64,000 nt of DNA from Ginglymostoma cirratum (taxonomy: Eukaryota). The position numbers and the translations under genes are program-made. Positions 1 through 12,363 of the stretch are shown here, piece by piece. The DNA lies in the NCBI GenBank assembly GCA_024137785.1, contig JAHRHZ010000145.1, forward strand, positions 22,565,193-22,629,192, read 5' to 3'. The notes under the pieces were generated by a model, which was given only the letters and a program-made list of their open reading frames with translations, had not been told where the DNA came from and did not search any database. Position 1 is the first letter of the stretch. Every line of letters starts with the position of its first letter.

Positions 1-188
1 AAGTCAATGATCTTTTATAAATAAACCAGCTTTCTTGTTTCTCTTGCAAACCAGTGGGAGCATCAAAAGAAAGACGACTGGAAACAACATTCTGAGCAGC
101 ATAACAATCACAAGGATCATCTCAGCAACACGTGAATTGGAACCATTGAGCTTCTTCCTAGTTTTCCTTGATCGTAATCTACTTTTCC

Positions 189-191
<3 letters not shown>

Positions 192-238
<47 letters not shown>
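192..238. repeat. (TG)n microsatellite
   Basis: Directly visible perfect dinucleotide run. Confidence 0.98.
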
Positions 239-242
<4 letters not shown>

Positions 243-3200
243 AACAGAGAGTTTAGAATGGGATGAGAGTTTAAATCTGTAATGTTATACACTCAATTTT
301 ACAACTGTTTACTTGTAGCTAGCATCTAATTACACGTAATAAATAATCATTCTCATTCAGTACAGAAACCTAGTCAGTGCTATCTATTAACCTGGGTCTG
401 AAAATCAGGTTAAGTAGGAATTATGTGTACTTATTTTAAAATCTTAAACTTTTGTGAAGACTCAAGGAATACAGGGGCTTGATTTCCTGCAGGCTACCCC
501 AATAAGCCATGACACTGTTTACTGGGTTTTCCCATCTTTTTCACAGTTTTCTGGCATTCTGGTAATGATCAAACTAGTAGCTACCTGTTTCTACTAATGT
601 TTTCCTGCCTTTCGAAACTAGTAAGGATTATTCCCATTTCATTTCTATAGAATACTTTCCTGCCTTTCGTGGTGTAAAATACCAAGGACTTTCTTCTACA
701 CAAATCTGTAAATAAACTTTAGACTGTAGACTTTATAAACCTTCCTGCTAAATTTATTGCTTAACAACTGACTCATTTAAAATCGTTAATATTTCCTGAT
801 TTTTTTTCCTTCTTCTGCTAGATTCTTTCAGTGAAGTTTTAAAAATTTGCTCATTGTCAGCTTAAATACATTCCGAGGCCTTTCTAATTCTGTAGTGGTA
901 GTCTAAATTTCTTTTCTGCCCATTTCACTGTCCCTTGCCGGTAGGCCTCAAGGAACCTAATGTTTGTGACGGCAATGCTCATTCAGAGAGGTGAGAACTC
1001 TCGTTTACATTTCCATGCTTTCTCTTTCTGGTCCCTGCTTTGTTTACATAAAGGTATTCACTTCTCCCATCAGCATCACTAACATTACCTCCTGGAACCT
1101 TCACTTGCTGCACACAGAACCTCCTTCACTGAGGCATCTGCGTTTTCTGAGTGTACACAACCTTGACTCAGCTTCTGAATGATGGGGATGTTATGGAATA
1201 CAGAGCTGGCCTTTTTGATGTTTCCATGGCTGCTGGTGACCCTCCCTATCAGTAATCCCTTTTCAGCTGCTGACTGACTGTCTGTATCTTCTTGAAGAGA
1301 TAATGATCTTAAAGTGGCTTGTTTTGTATTTCTTTCCTTCTCGGTCTTCTGGATTTCTTGTCCCTTGTGGTGGGTGTCAGATGCCTGTCATTGCATTCAT
1401 TACCCCAGCTGATTACTCCTGGTACCTTATACTATTTACCATCTCGACCGATACATGCTCCTGGTTAAGAGTTGTTTGAGGTAGTTCTCTGATACCAATC
1501 CTTCTTTGCTGTGTCTTGGACCCATCTGGTGGTCAGTGGGAAAGAAACCTTAGAGTAGCTACAAAAGGAGCACTGTTCTTGGTTAATAAGATGGTTTATT
1601 GCATAATAGATTAACTATAACTACATTTAGTTCAGCATAATTATTAAGACCTTAGGGAGGTGGAGCAGATACATTTTCTCTCTTCAAAACTTAGAGAAGA
1701 ACTCCTTATCTCCACCCACAGGCTGTGTGTGAGATCAGTAGAATGCGTGGAAATAACGTAACATGAAACGTGAACCTCTTCAGAATTGTTACCCTCTAAA
1801 ACAAAATCACCTCAATACAAAAGAGCTCATCGTGCTCCAGTCAAGCATCCCTAACCATCAGATATTGTCACCCTGACATTGTATTAGGGTTGGATTGAAA
1901 TTGACTTAGATAGGCATACAAGTAGTACTCCCATAACGCGATAGTTGTGTTCTTGCGTGACCTTGCACTATAGAAAGTCACTATTCCTGTACAGCAGAAA
2001 GTTCGCATTGTCCAAACAGCATTCACTATTCATCAATCACCTTACAGCCAATTCATGTTAATGAAACACACATTATGGCAGAACCAAGTGTAGTAGAAAA
2101 TAGTAGTCATGTCTATAAATCACAATAAAACCCATGCACTATATAAATGCTTGTTGATATGAAGCCCATTATTCTGAAGGAAGTCTGTTCTTTCTTGTGT
2201 GTGAGAGGATGTTTGGAGGTCAGTCTTCAACTGGAAACAGAGAAAAAAGTGAATTTGTGAAGTGGCCATACCTCCTGCTTGAGCTCTTGGCTGGAGGTTT
2301 TGGCTTCATTTGAATGCCACTGCAGTCTGCAGGTGCCAAATGTTCACCCCACTGTAGGCGCTGGGTGAAAGAAATCAGTCAGCTCCCAGTCTGAGCTGGG
2401 CAGTAGGTCAGACATGGGGAGATGGAGCTGATCTTGGAGCAGTTTGAAGATGGCCATTCAGAGGGCCACAGTATTCTTGTGGAGCCATCAACACTGCAGG
2501 AAGCGTTTCTCACTAGACATCTAATGACCTTTTCAAGATCATTCAATACTAAAGCACACGAGAAGAGTGACTTTGGTACCTGCTATTTTCGATTGTTTTA
2601 TTGCGACAGCAGTTGGCAACCAAGGAAGGACATCCATTTCTATACTTAAGCAGGCCAGCACAAACAAATTTTCCCTTGAGAATGACATCAGGTAGGCTTT
2701 GGTCATCAGGGGCAAAATCTGTAGTTAGAAATTACAAATTCTCACCAAATTCTTTGTGTGCATTACTTCCTGAACTGTTGCCTCTTGAAGTGAACATCTT
2801 CTGATATCAAGGGAACAGGCTCGACCTGTAGCTTGTGGTGGAAAGCTAAATCCCAGGCACTTCTTTCCTCTGCTGGAGGCTTTATCTTGTATACCCAATC
2901 CCACTTACTTTTCAACTGCCTTCATATCATTTTGACTTCAAGATGAGCTACTGACTACATATCCATGTCATCACCGATGATGTCTATTTGTTTGCCACAT
3001 TGTCTGGCTCAGTTCCTCCACTCCTCAGCTGCTGAAAACCCTCATGCATTTTTTTTGTGACTTTGGAACTTAACCATTCTAATGCATTGCTTGTTAGTTT
3101 CTCATTTTATCTCTGTAAAATTGATATCACCCAAAACTCTGCTGTCTGCCTCCTAAATTGCACCAATCCCTGGAATTCTGTTGCATCCATCACTCATGAA

Positions 3201-3334
3201 CTGTATAGTCCCCTTGCATCACAGGGATCTAACTTAGCAGTTCCTATCAATATCTGCCAAATCTTTCTGTGCTTTATCCCAACTTCCCTTGGTGCTTTCC
3301 CCGATAGATACACATCACCGTTTTGTTTAGAAAA

Positions 3335-3570
3335 AAGAAAGCAAAAGGATGCCAATGCTGGAAATGTGAAATAGAAACGGGAATTGCTGGAGAAACTCAG
3401 CAGGTCTGGCAGCACTTGTGGAGAGAAAACCAAAGTTAACGTACCAAGCCCAATACGATTCTTCAGAACTTCAGAACTCTTCAGTCAGAACGGACTCTAT
3501 GTTAACTTGGATTTCTCTCCACAGATGCTGCCAAACCTGCTAAGTTTCTCCAGCATCTTCTGTCTTTACT
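3335..3570 (-). mobile_element. PLE-terminus palindromic insertion, family B (older)
   Basis: tgctggagaaactcagcaggtctggcagca...gttaac is mirrored by gttaac...tgctgccaaacctgctaagtttctccagca; the long arm carries a gatgctgg-type tail. Confidence 0.75.
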
Positions 3571-4958
3571 TTTTCTTTTACTTCGTATTACCTTATTTTT
3601 TAAAACTGCCTGCCTCGCCAGTACTGCCTTTCATCTCCCTCACTGCTGTCGACAACTGACTAAAACACATCTCTGACCTCTCTTTGCTTTTCTCCACGCT
3701 ACATGTAAAGTAATTTACGTGCCACTTTGTATGTGCAGGGACACCAGAAACACAAAAATGATGTTTACTTTCATGAACTATATCATGAGTTTAGATTAGT
3801 GCCTTTGTGATAAAATCCAGCTCAATTGTAAACAGGATGCATTGAATAACACAGTCTCTTCGTTATTGCATTTGTTAGGCTTCACTAAGTAGCATTCAGC
3901 AGAATTCCTTTTCCTTGCAAAACTCACGTATCACTGGGGGTATGTTAGAAATGTCCACACAATACACAATATCTCACAATGGTACCTGCATAGGTGCAAG
4001 GTTGAGTTTCAGCATCGACTAGTACATCCACAGTGGATTACGATACCATGGTGCAAGTTAGATTGCGAGCCGTGGGATTCATTTAAGCTACTAATCTGGA
4101 CCTGGCACTTCACATGTAGTGTATCTCGAAACAGAGCAGTAGGATTGGCAGCAATCACTCGACGCCCCTACACATGCAGCTGCAATCAGCGTAAATCTAG
4201 CAAGAGAATTAGTCGACTGGTCTAGTAATGCTGAAACCCAACACCGGATTGAAAATATCATTTGGAAGAAAATTATTTTGTTTCCAGAAAGGACAATTTG
4301 TTGGCATGCTTTCCATGCTGTAATGTTCTGGGTTTCTATGAAGCCACGCACCATCCTAATATGGAGTTATATCGCTGTTCCTTTCCTGACAATGGGTCAA
4401 AATCCTGGAGCTGCTTTCCTAAAAGCACTTCTGGTGTACCTACACCAAATGGACTGCTGTGGTTCAAGAAAGCAACTCAACATCTCCTTTTTCAATGGCA
4501 GTTAGGAATGGGCAACAAAAACTGGCCGAGCCAGAAATACCTCCATGCAGTGAAAAAATAAAACAACACTAAAAGGGTGTGGACCTAAAAGAATACAAAT
4601 ACTTGTGTAAATTTTGTAGTAGTTAAGAGGGAGATCTTATTGACTGGCGCAGCAAAATCCCTGAGTGTCTGCAGTGTAACTGGTTCACATAGATGTAGGA
4701 CAGGATGCATTCTGACCTTTAAATCATTTGTTGTAAACACTGGATCTAAAATCAAAGAATTTGCACCATCTTGACAGCCACCTGCCTTGGAAAGTGTGAG
4801 ATTCACTTCACTGCATCCATTGCCTCTAGCCTAAAATGTTTTCCAGTTGTAAAACACAATTTAATCTTACCTGCAAGATGCGATTTGCAATGTGTCAAGT
4901 TTGTGAATACTTCTGAAATCCATTTTAGTGTATACAGTCCCATCTAATTAATTTAGCA

Positions 4959-5128
4959 TAGCAAGGTGTAGAGCTGGATGAACACAGCAGGCCAAGCAGC
5001 ATCAGAGGAGCAGAGGAGTTCCTCTGATGCTGCTTGGCCTGCTGTGTTCATTCAGCTCTACACCTTGCTATCTCAGATTCTCCAGCATCTGCAATTCCTA
5101 CTATTAATTAATTTAATTAATTTAATTG
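4959..5128 (+). mobile_element. PLE-terminus palindromic insertion, family A
   Basis: 52-bp inverted arms (4958-5009 / 5020-5071, one mismatch) plus a tail matching the 62480-62564 region. 17-bp TSD atctaattaatttagca at 4942-4958 and 5129-5145. Confidence 0.9.
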
Positions 5129-7299
5129 ATCTAATTAATTTAGCAGAATGGATAGGATCTATCAACACAGTCTCTCTATACAGGCAATACCACAGGATCA
5201 GGAAAATCATCGAGTTATTTCTTTACTACGTCATCATATAAAATGCATTGCCTAATAGAAAGCTTCAAATATTCAGGGAAAAGATAATTCTCTTCAAAGA
5301 TTAAAATTGCATGATGAAGAGCTGGCCAGTTCTATAGAGAAAATTATGAGAACAATGCCTTCCATTTTAACCCTATGCCTAACTGATTGACAGGAGATAG
5401 TTGTAATATGGGGGGAATATCAAGATCAGGTAATGTGACCCAAACCACACCCCATTCCCACTCCTTTAAATTTTAACCTGTAGATTCCAGGCTATAGATA
5501 TAGATCTGATATATAAATCACTATTTGAATTTAATTGCTAGTGTGATTTATATATTAATATAATTTATTTTAGAATTTGGATTTTGAACTAGTGGTATGT
5601 AGTTGTTGATCTACATTATGTGTGGTTTAATAATTAGGTTGTCAGACTTTCTGGAGTCATGCTGTTACCCCAGTATGTGTCAGACAGCAGGTGACTAGAG
5701 TCTCCTGGAATGACAATGTGAGTTTAATTGTATAATGACAGTGTTGCAATCAGACAGACTAAACTTTGAAAGGCATTAGTTTGCTTTTGGCTGAGAAGAA
5801 TCAAGAATTGATTTATTTTTGTTCTGAAAAGACATTTGGGGAGAAAGGACTTAGTTTTAAACAATTAGGAAATAGATTACTTCAGTGTAAGACTTTTAGT
5901 ATGAAAATTTCAGAACAGATATATTTGGTTTGAACCTGAAGAGCTTATTTGATGCTAAAGTTGTTTAGCTCAATTGAGTGGATAGTCAAGGAAAAGACTA
6001 TCAAGCTCTGATGACTGGGAATTGAAAGTGACAGTTAAGTTAAACACATTGATGTGATAGGAAATCTCTCTGGTATTTAAATACTGTAATGACTTGGGGT
6101 TGGGATAGATGAGCTTGTATTTTACTGTATGACTTGCAATCTTCCAATTGTTACATGTAAATATCCTGATGTATTCTATTTTGTTAGAATACTATTGTTA
6201 ATATCCCAACAAGGAAATGACCAGCAATTTTGTTCTTTAAAATAAAATCATAAACCAGGATTTAAACAGCTCCAGGAGACGCAGGAGCCAGGTAAACTAA
6301 TGGGTAGCTGGGACAAACAAAATTTGTGATAAGATTGTGTCATCGGAGCCTTTTACTGATAGCTGGAGAAGATATTGAGACTCTGTTTGTCTCAAGGAAG
6401 CAGTTGACAATGAAAGGCCGAGTTAGGAGTGGTTTTACATTGCCATTGGCATTTCATGGACAGGAGGGTAGCACATTTTGTTTTTTACTCCCCTGCCTAG
6501 CTGCTGAGGGCTTCTGTATATTTCAGCAGCAATGACTTCCCCTGGTGGCCCTACTGAGGCATCGGAACAGCTAGCCCTATGGTTCATTTGGCAGCATCAG
6601 GAACCTACTCAGTGTACCTCATTGCCTGGTGAGTCCACAGCAGCTAGGGAACTCCTTACAATTGTTGCATGGATTCTCATGCTGGCAACTGAAATCTTGG
6701 GATCCCCAAACCAAATGTCAGGACCCTGATTCTCCTCATAAAATTCAGCCCATTCTCTCAGTTAGTGTTGATAGATCCACTATCACTGTCCCCCGCCCCA
6801 CAACCCCCAAGTCTTTACTTTCTTGCCTTTTATGCCTTTATGATTCCATTAAAGCCCTCAGAACATAAATAAACACAAGATTAAATATTTCCCCAAAACA
6901 CAGAAAAAATGGCCACTTTATATCTTATTATTTCATTTGGTATTGTATTCATTCAATTGAGAGCTTCTATGTTGCAAGTCCTTTGCACGCCCAAGTATGC
7001 ATTTGTAGTATGTTAAGTTTGGTGCAAAATAATTTTAGCTGTGTGCGCACTGCTGATAAGCTTGTGCAGTATAAATGCAGTGTTCAATCTTAAATTGACT
7101 CCAAAATTCGGTGGAATAAACCCTGCTGTGGGAGTCTCACTCTATTTCACTCAAAAGTCCAGCCCAAGCCTGATTTTAGAATCAGGCTGCATTTTTTCCT
7201 TTACCTTTTTATTGTGTATCAATTTTTTTGAAGGTAACAAGTTAACAAAGCAGTTAACAAAGCATGTGGGATCATGTGCTTTATTAATAGAGATATTGA

Positions 7300-7895
7300 A
7301 GAAACGCGCCAGAAGGTTATGCTAAACATACGTAAAGCACTAGTTTGCTGGAGCATCATGTCCATTTCTGGAAATTACATCTTAAGGACGATGTCAAGAG
7401 AGTATGGAAAAGATTTGCCGTAATGGTTCCAAGAATGAAGGATTCCAATCATGTGCAAAAGTTGGAATTTCTTGCCTTAAAGAAGGTTAAGAAAACATAT
7501 GCATTGGAATAAGAGTTTACCAGTTTGCCCTACCATATCTAAGCCATTAAAATCAGGAAGGGTACAGAAAGAGTCAGTAATGATTAATTGTTTCCAATGG
7601 CTAAAGAACTGATAACCAGGGGCCACAAATGTAAGGCAATAAAATCAGAGCTGACCTGAAAAAAAAATTAGTACTATGTGTAGTTAGAATTTGGAATTCA
7701 CTCTTGAAAAGGGTATAAATGCAGATTCGGTTGTAGCCTTCAAATGGTGACTGGATAGATACTTGAAGGAGAACAACTGCAGGAACAGAATGAGAGAGCA
7801 GAACTTACTAGATTGTTCTCTGAAAGAGTCAGAGCAGACATGATGGGCTGAATGTACTTCCTCTGTGTTGTTATATAATTCTATGATTCCATAAA
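7300..7895 (+). mobile_element. Old CR1 3' fragment
   Basis: Degenerate CR1 3' end including gatgggctgaatg..ctctgtgttg..attctatgattccat tail. Confidence 0.7.
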
Positions 7896-10688
7896 AATCA
7901 ATATGTTCACATCAATCAATTCCTTTGAGGAACACCTGGGATATTCATATTTTAGACCTTTGAGTATGGCATTAACTTTCATTAAAATATTCCTCCAATT
8001 TTCATGGATTAACAAGTACATTTTATTTGAGTCCACTTTGCCTTCATTTTCTTGGATCAGAAATATTTCTCTTGTTTGAGCCCAAGTTGTTCCTTGTTTC
8101 GTGTGATTTCAGCCGTCTCATGATTTTAGATAGCTTCTTCCTTTTCTGTTACGCATCTTTCTTTCCCTGATTTGTGGACAACCTTTAGCCCATCTGTGCA
8201 TTTCAAAGTAACTTCTTTCACCGTAGGACTAAATTATTATGCAGTCTTGTATTTCCACTTGGCGAATTAATTTGAGTACTGTTATTCCACCAGTGTCACA
8301 ATGATCTGAGTTCACCATCCCTGCAGGGTAAACTCATTTGTGTGTTCTCTTACTAATGCTTCCTGCCTGCTTGTAAAACAGCTTGGAATGTGCAAAACTG
8401 AATAATCCCATTTTTAAAGTAGACTGAGACTTATAATTGTAAAAATCTGTTTAAAATATGTGGCTGGCACTCATTGGACTGAAAGCGAGTGGAACAGTAG
8501 CAATTATATTTAAAGTTGTGTTAAAGTTATGAATTCCTGTATCTAGGTTTCAAGTAAACTTATGTGTTAAAGGAAAGTTCAAGTCATCGAAGGGACCATT
8601 TGTAACTGTACGCTGAAAAAATAAAACAGCATTGTCTTTTCAAAATTAAGGTGAGAAACTTAGAATTTGATTTGTCCTAGCTCCCATCGTTAAAGGACAG
8701 ATTTCACCTACAAATATAACAGAATTAGAAATCACCAAATTGTTGGTGTATTTTTGAAATCACAACTCGCCTTGTCCTGGAACTCAAAGCAACTAATTCG
8801 GTGGCCAGATCATTCATGCAGCTGCTTCCAGGATAAGTTTGCTACAGATTGTAACTGCCAATGTTCAGGGCAAGGATAAAGGTCCTTCTCTACAGTAATT
8901 TGTAATGGTATAACTGACTTACATCTCAGGTACCATACTAGTAACAAATGATTTGGCAATGTCTCTGTATAAAAGCAGACTGAGGCAGAATCAGTTGAAA
9001 GTATAAATATTTATGCGTATGTATTGTGTGCTGTACATATGTAGAGCTAAGGGTGCGTGTGGATGGTCTAAAGTATCCTCTCAGTATATGCCTAAATCCA
9101 GAATATAGCTTCTGTCTTCAACATCCAAATGCATTTGTGTCTGTGTATTAAGCCTTTGAGAGGAGTGAATGACCTATAGACAATTCTAACCTAGAAACCT
9201 GGATGATATCAGAGCAAACCTTAACCTAGTAACAGCATTTCAAGCAGGTGAATGACAAATTAACCACCTGAACGAGCAAACGATCAAAAAAAAGTGAGAA
9301 AGGAAAACAGGAGCATACCAGCACGGTAACCAGTCAGTCTTCGGTGAACAGAACTGAAAGCGAATTTTATAGACTGCTGCTGAAATGATTGGTTATTGTC
9401 AGGAATAGAGCATTTCTTTGTTAAAAGACCCAAACATTCCTTCATTGTATGTAAGCTTGTGCTTTTGTAGACTGGTTAATTTTATCAAATGATCCATTTG
9501 ATTGATGTAGATTCATAGCCCAACTTGAATGTGATCTTTTTACACTTCAATAAGTGCAATAAGTGTTGACAATCTATGATTGTGCTTAAATAGTGTGAGG
9601 TCTCTGCAGGAGACCTGTGGAACTGCAAACTGACAATTTTTGCCCATTCTGGATCTGAGGTCCACCTACCCTTTTAATAAAGCATTGGTCTTTTTAATAA
9701 ACTATCCATCAAATTAATGGCAGGAAGTTTTGAGAGTTGTGTATTCACACTACACTTTTTACGTACATCTTTGATGTCTATAATTGCCTTGAGTAGTGCA
9801 TACTTTATAATGTATGTTTGTGGTTATTATGTTTTGACTGAGATCCAAGTAGATATACTCCAGTACTTTTTTCTTTTCAAACTGTCTTTTGCCTTATTTT
9901 AATGGGTTTTATGCATGTTTACTATATAGATTATTAAAGCTTGCTTTTCATCATTGTAGTTGTCGTCTTTATCTCAGTTTATTTTCATATGGATCTTGGA
10001 TCTTTGCCTTGACAAAATATACAGCAGGGAAGATGCTTGGCTGTCTCCTGTTGGTTTAATTCCTTCTTCTGGTTGCTAAATAGAACGTTGAAAATTAAAT
10101 TGTCCTTTTAATTACAGCCTGTTTTCACACAGGCCTGGGATGTAAATGGGGTGATTAGACACACTATATCAAATTGAAACAAAGTTTTCACCAGAATTCT
10201 CCTTAAAAAAAGGAATTCCCCTTCCACACTTGCTTTTGGAGCCTAGAATTTTACATTTAAGTAGAATTGGCTGGGTATGATTCATAACTTTACATCTTTC
10301 CAACTTTTGCTCCAGATCTGTCCCAATTGAAGCCACTACTGTATCATGCAACCTCAATGTAGTTTCTACATTAAGTTTTGTTTGATGGAGCTAATGACCT
10401 GTCCAACTTTGCCTGTGTATTGATTTTATCTTTTTGGTGCTCTGGAGTTCCTCTCAACACTTTCCGCACATTTAGTTGCTTAATTTAGTAAAAACACAAC
10501 TTTTGACAGAAGATTTGTTTTCCCAGTGGGATTTTCTCTAAGTCAATGTTTTGAAAATGCAGCTGAGGGTAGTACGGAAGAGTGTAGATTGGTGAACATT
10601 TAAAATGAGATATCAAAGAAGATATTTGCTTCCATGATATGGTTCCCCACTCCATAGAATTTTCTGAATCTCAGAAGACTTACTTTGA

Positions 10689-11227
10689 CTCCTCTTTTCA
10701 CTGGCAGCCATTGAGGATCGAGCAGGAGACCAATATGAAGTTCAACCCCTTTGTCACATCTTCCCAGAGGAAGAACCGCAAGAGGTCCCTTAATGCTCCA
10801 CCTCACATTAGCAGGAAAACTATGTCCTCGCCACTCTCCAATGGGCTGAGGCAGAAATATGATGTTCATTCAATGCCCATATGCAAGGATGATACGGCTC
10901 AAGTCATCAGAGGATACTACAAGTGTCAACAGTCTGGTAAAGTTGTCCAAGTATACAGAAATAAGTATGTAATCTAGATTGAGTGTGCGCAGTGTGAAAA
11001 AGCCAAAGGTACCAGAGTGCATGTTGGTGTTCACCACAGTAAGGTGGTGATTACCAGGCTAAAGCTAGACAACGATTGCTAGAAGATCCTGGGACGCAAG
11101 GCAAAATCTCACCAATTTGGCAAAGATAAGGGTATATATAAGGAAAAATCTGCTGAAAAAGTGCAGGAGGAATTAAAAGTTCCACTTTTGCTATTTTCTA
11201 TAAAGACTCAATCAAATCAGAAAAAAA
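10689..11227 (+). pseudogene. RPL26: RPL26 (60S ribosomal protein uL24) processed pseudogene; CDS remnant 10735-11172
   Basis: [53 protein letters not shown]...[76 protein letters not shown] is colinear with the 145-aa RPL26 with no intron or frameshift. Premature TAG codons at 10975 and 11080. 5' TOP-like tract ctcctcttttc at 10689, short 3' UTR and an A7 remnant at 11221-11227. Confidence 0.96.
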
Positions 11228-11590
11228 GGATGGCAGAGTGGCTTAGTGGTTAGCACTGCTGCCTCACAGCACCAGGAACCTGGGTTCACTTCTACCCTCA
11301 GGCAATTGTCTGTGTGGAGTTTGCATATTCTCCCTGTGTTGCATGGGTTTTCTCTGAGTGCTCCAGTTTACTCCCACAATCCAAAGATGTGTGGGCTAGT
11401 TGGATTGGCTGTGCTAAATTGTCCAGAGTGTCCAGGGATGTGCGGGCTAGTTGGATTGGCTGTGCTAAATTGTCCAGAGAGTCCAGGGATGTGCAGGCTA
11501 GGTGGATTAGCCATGGGAAATGCAGGGTTATGGGGATAGGATCAGTGTGGGCTAAATTATACCCTGCTTCCACACTGCAGGGATTCTATT
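11228..11590 (+). mobile_element. HE1-type tRNA-derived V-SINE with an internal 51-bp repeat
   Basis: tRNA-like head (gtggttagcactgctgcctcacagcaccagg...ggttc), V-domain-like core (gtggagtttgca..ttctccc), 51-bp unit starting at 11386, 11437 and 11488, CR1-like tail ccacactgcagggattctat. Confidence 0.85.
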
Positions 11591-11932
11591 TCATTGTTTT
11601 AGATTTCTCTGGATGTCACTGCTGGGAAGAATTTATTCCCCCTCCTCTACTTTGAGGCAATTAAAGAAATCTGTTAGCCATACGACAAATACAAGATTTC
11701 ATATTTTAATGTATCTTTTAATTTAAGTCAGATAAAATATCCTGGAATTTGTTTTATTTCATTCAGAGCGAAGGGCATCTCTGCAAGACCAGCATTTATT
11801 GTATCAGAGATAATAGGTACTGCAGATGCTGGAGAATCCGAGATAACAAGGTGTGGGGCTGGATGAACACAGCAGGCCAAGCAGCATCATAGGAGCAGGA
11901 AAGCTTGACGTTTCGGGCCTAGACCCTTTTGA

Positions 11933-12332
11933 NNNNNNNNNNNNNNNNNNNNNNNNNNNNNNNNNNNNNNNNNNNNNNNNNNNNNNNNNNNNNNNNNNNN
12001 NNNNNNNNNNNNNNNNNNNNNNNNNNNNNNNNNNNNNNNNNNNNNNNNNNNNNNNNNNNNNNNNNNNNNNNNNNNNNNNNNNNNNNNNNNNNNNNNNNNN
12101 NNNNNNNNNNNNNNNNNNNNNNNNNNNNNNNNNNNNNNNNNNNNNNNNNNNNNNNNNNNNNNNNNNNNNNNNNNNNNNNNNNNNNNNNNNNNNNNNNNNN
12201 NNNNNNNNNNNNNNNNNNNNNNNNNNNNNNNNNNNNNNNNNNNNNNNNNNNNNNNNNNNNNNNNNNNNNNNNNNNNNNNNNNNNNNNNNNNNNNNNNNNN
12301 NNNNNNNNNNNNNNNNNNNNNNNNNNNNNNNN
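11933..12332. other. Assembly gap (400 N)
   Basis: Run of N. Confidence 1.
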
Positions 12333-12335
12333 TTT

Positions 12336-12363
12336 CTGATGAAGGGTCTAGGCCCGAAACGTC
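12336..12363 (+). ncRNA. Minimal hammerhead ribozyme-like motif with intact core
   Basis: CUGAUGA-A-GGGU-cuag-GCCC-GAAAC-GUC: canonical core boxes, stem II, loopless palindromic stem III (ACGU), predicted cleavage after C12363. A partial antisense copy lies at 11906-11932. Confidence 0.7.

Noticed and set aside
1-2800. Possible LTR-like segments (~1-513 ending in tgaca, ~1490-1765) and a similar segment at ~5660-6250
   Set aside because: No paired LTR, primer-binding site or coding remnant could be confirmed.
10639-10977. 112-aa ORF as a functional N-terminally extended RPL26
   Set aside because: Truncated by nonsense codons and carries many changes at conserved residues; pseudogene.
11386-11520. 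51-bp tandem repeats as a CRISPR-like or novel array
   Set aside because: No unique spacers; this is an internal duplication within an HE1-type SINE in a vertebrate genome.
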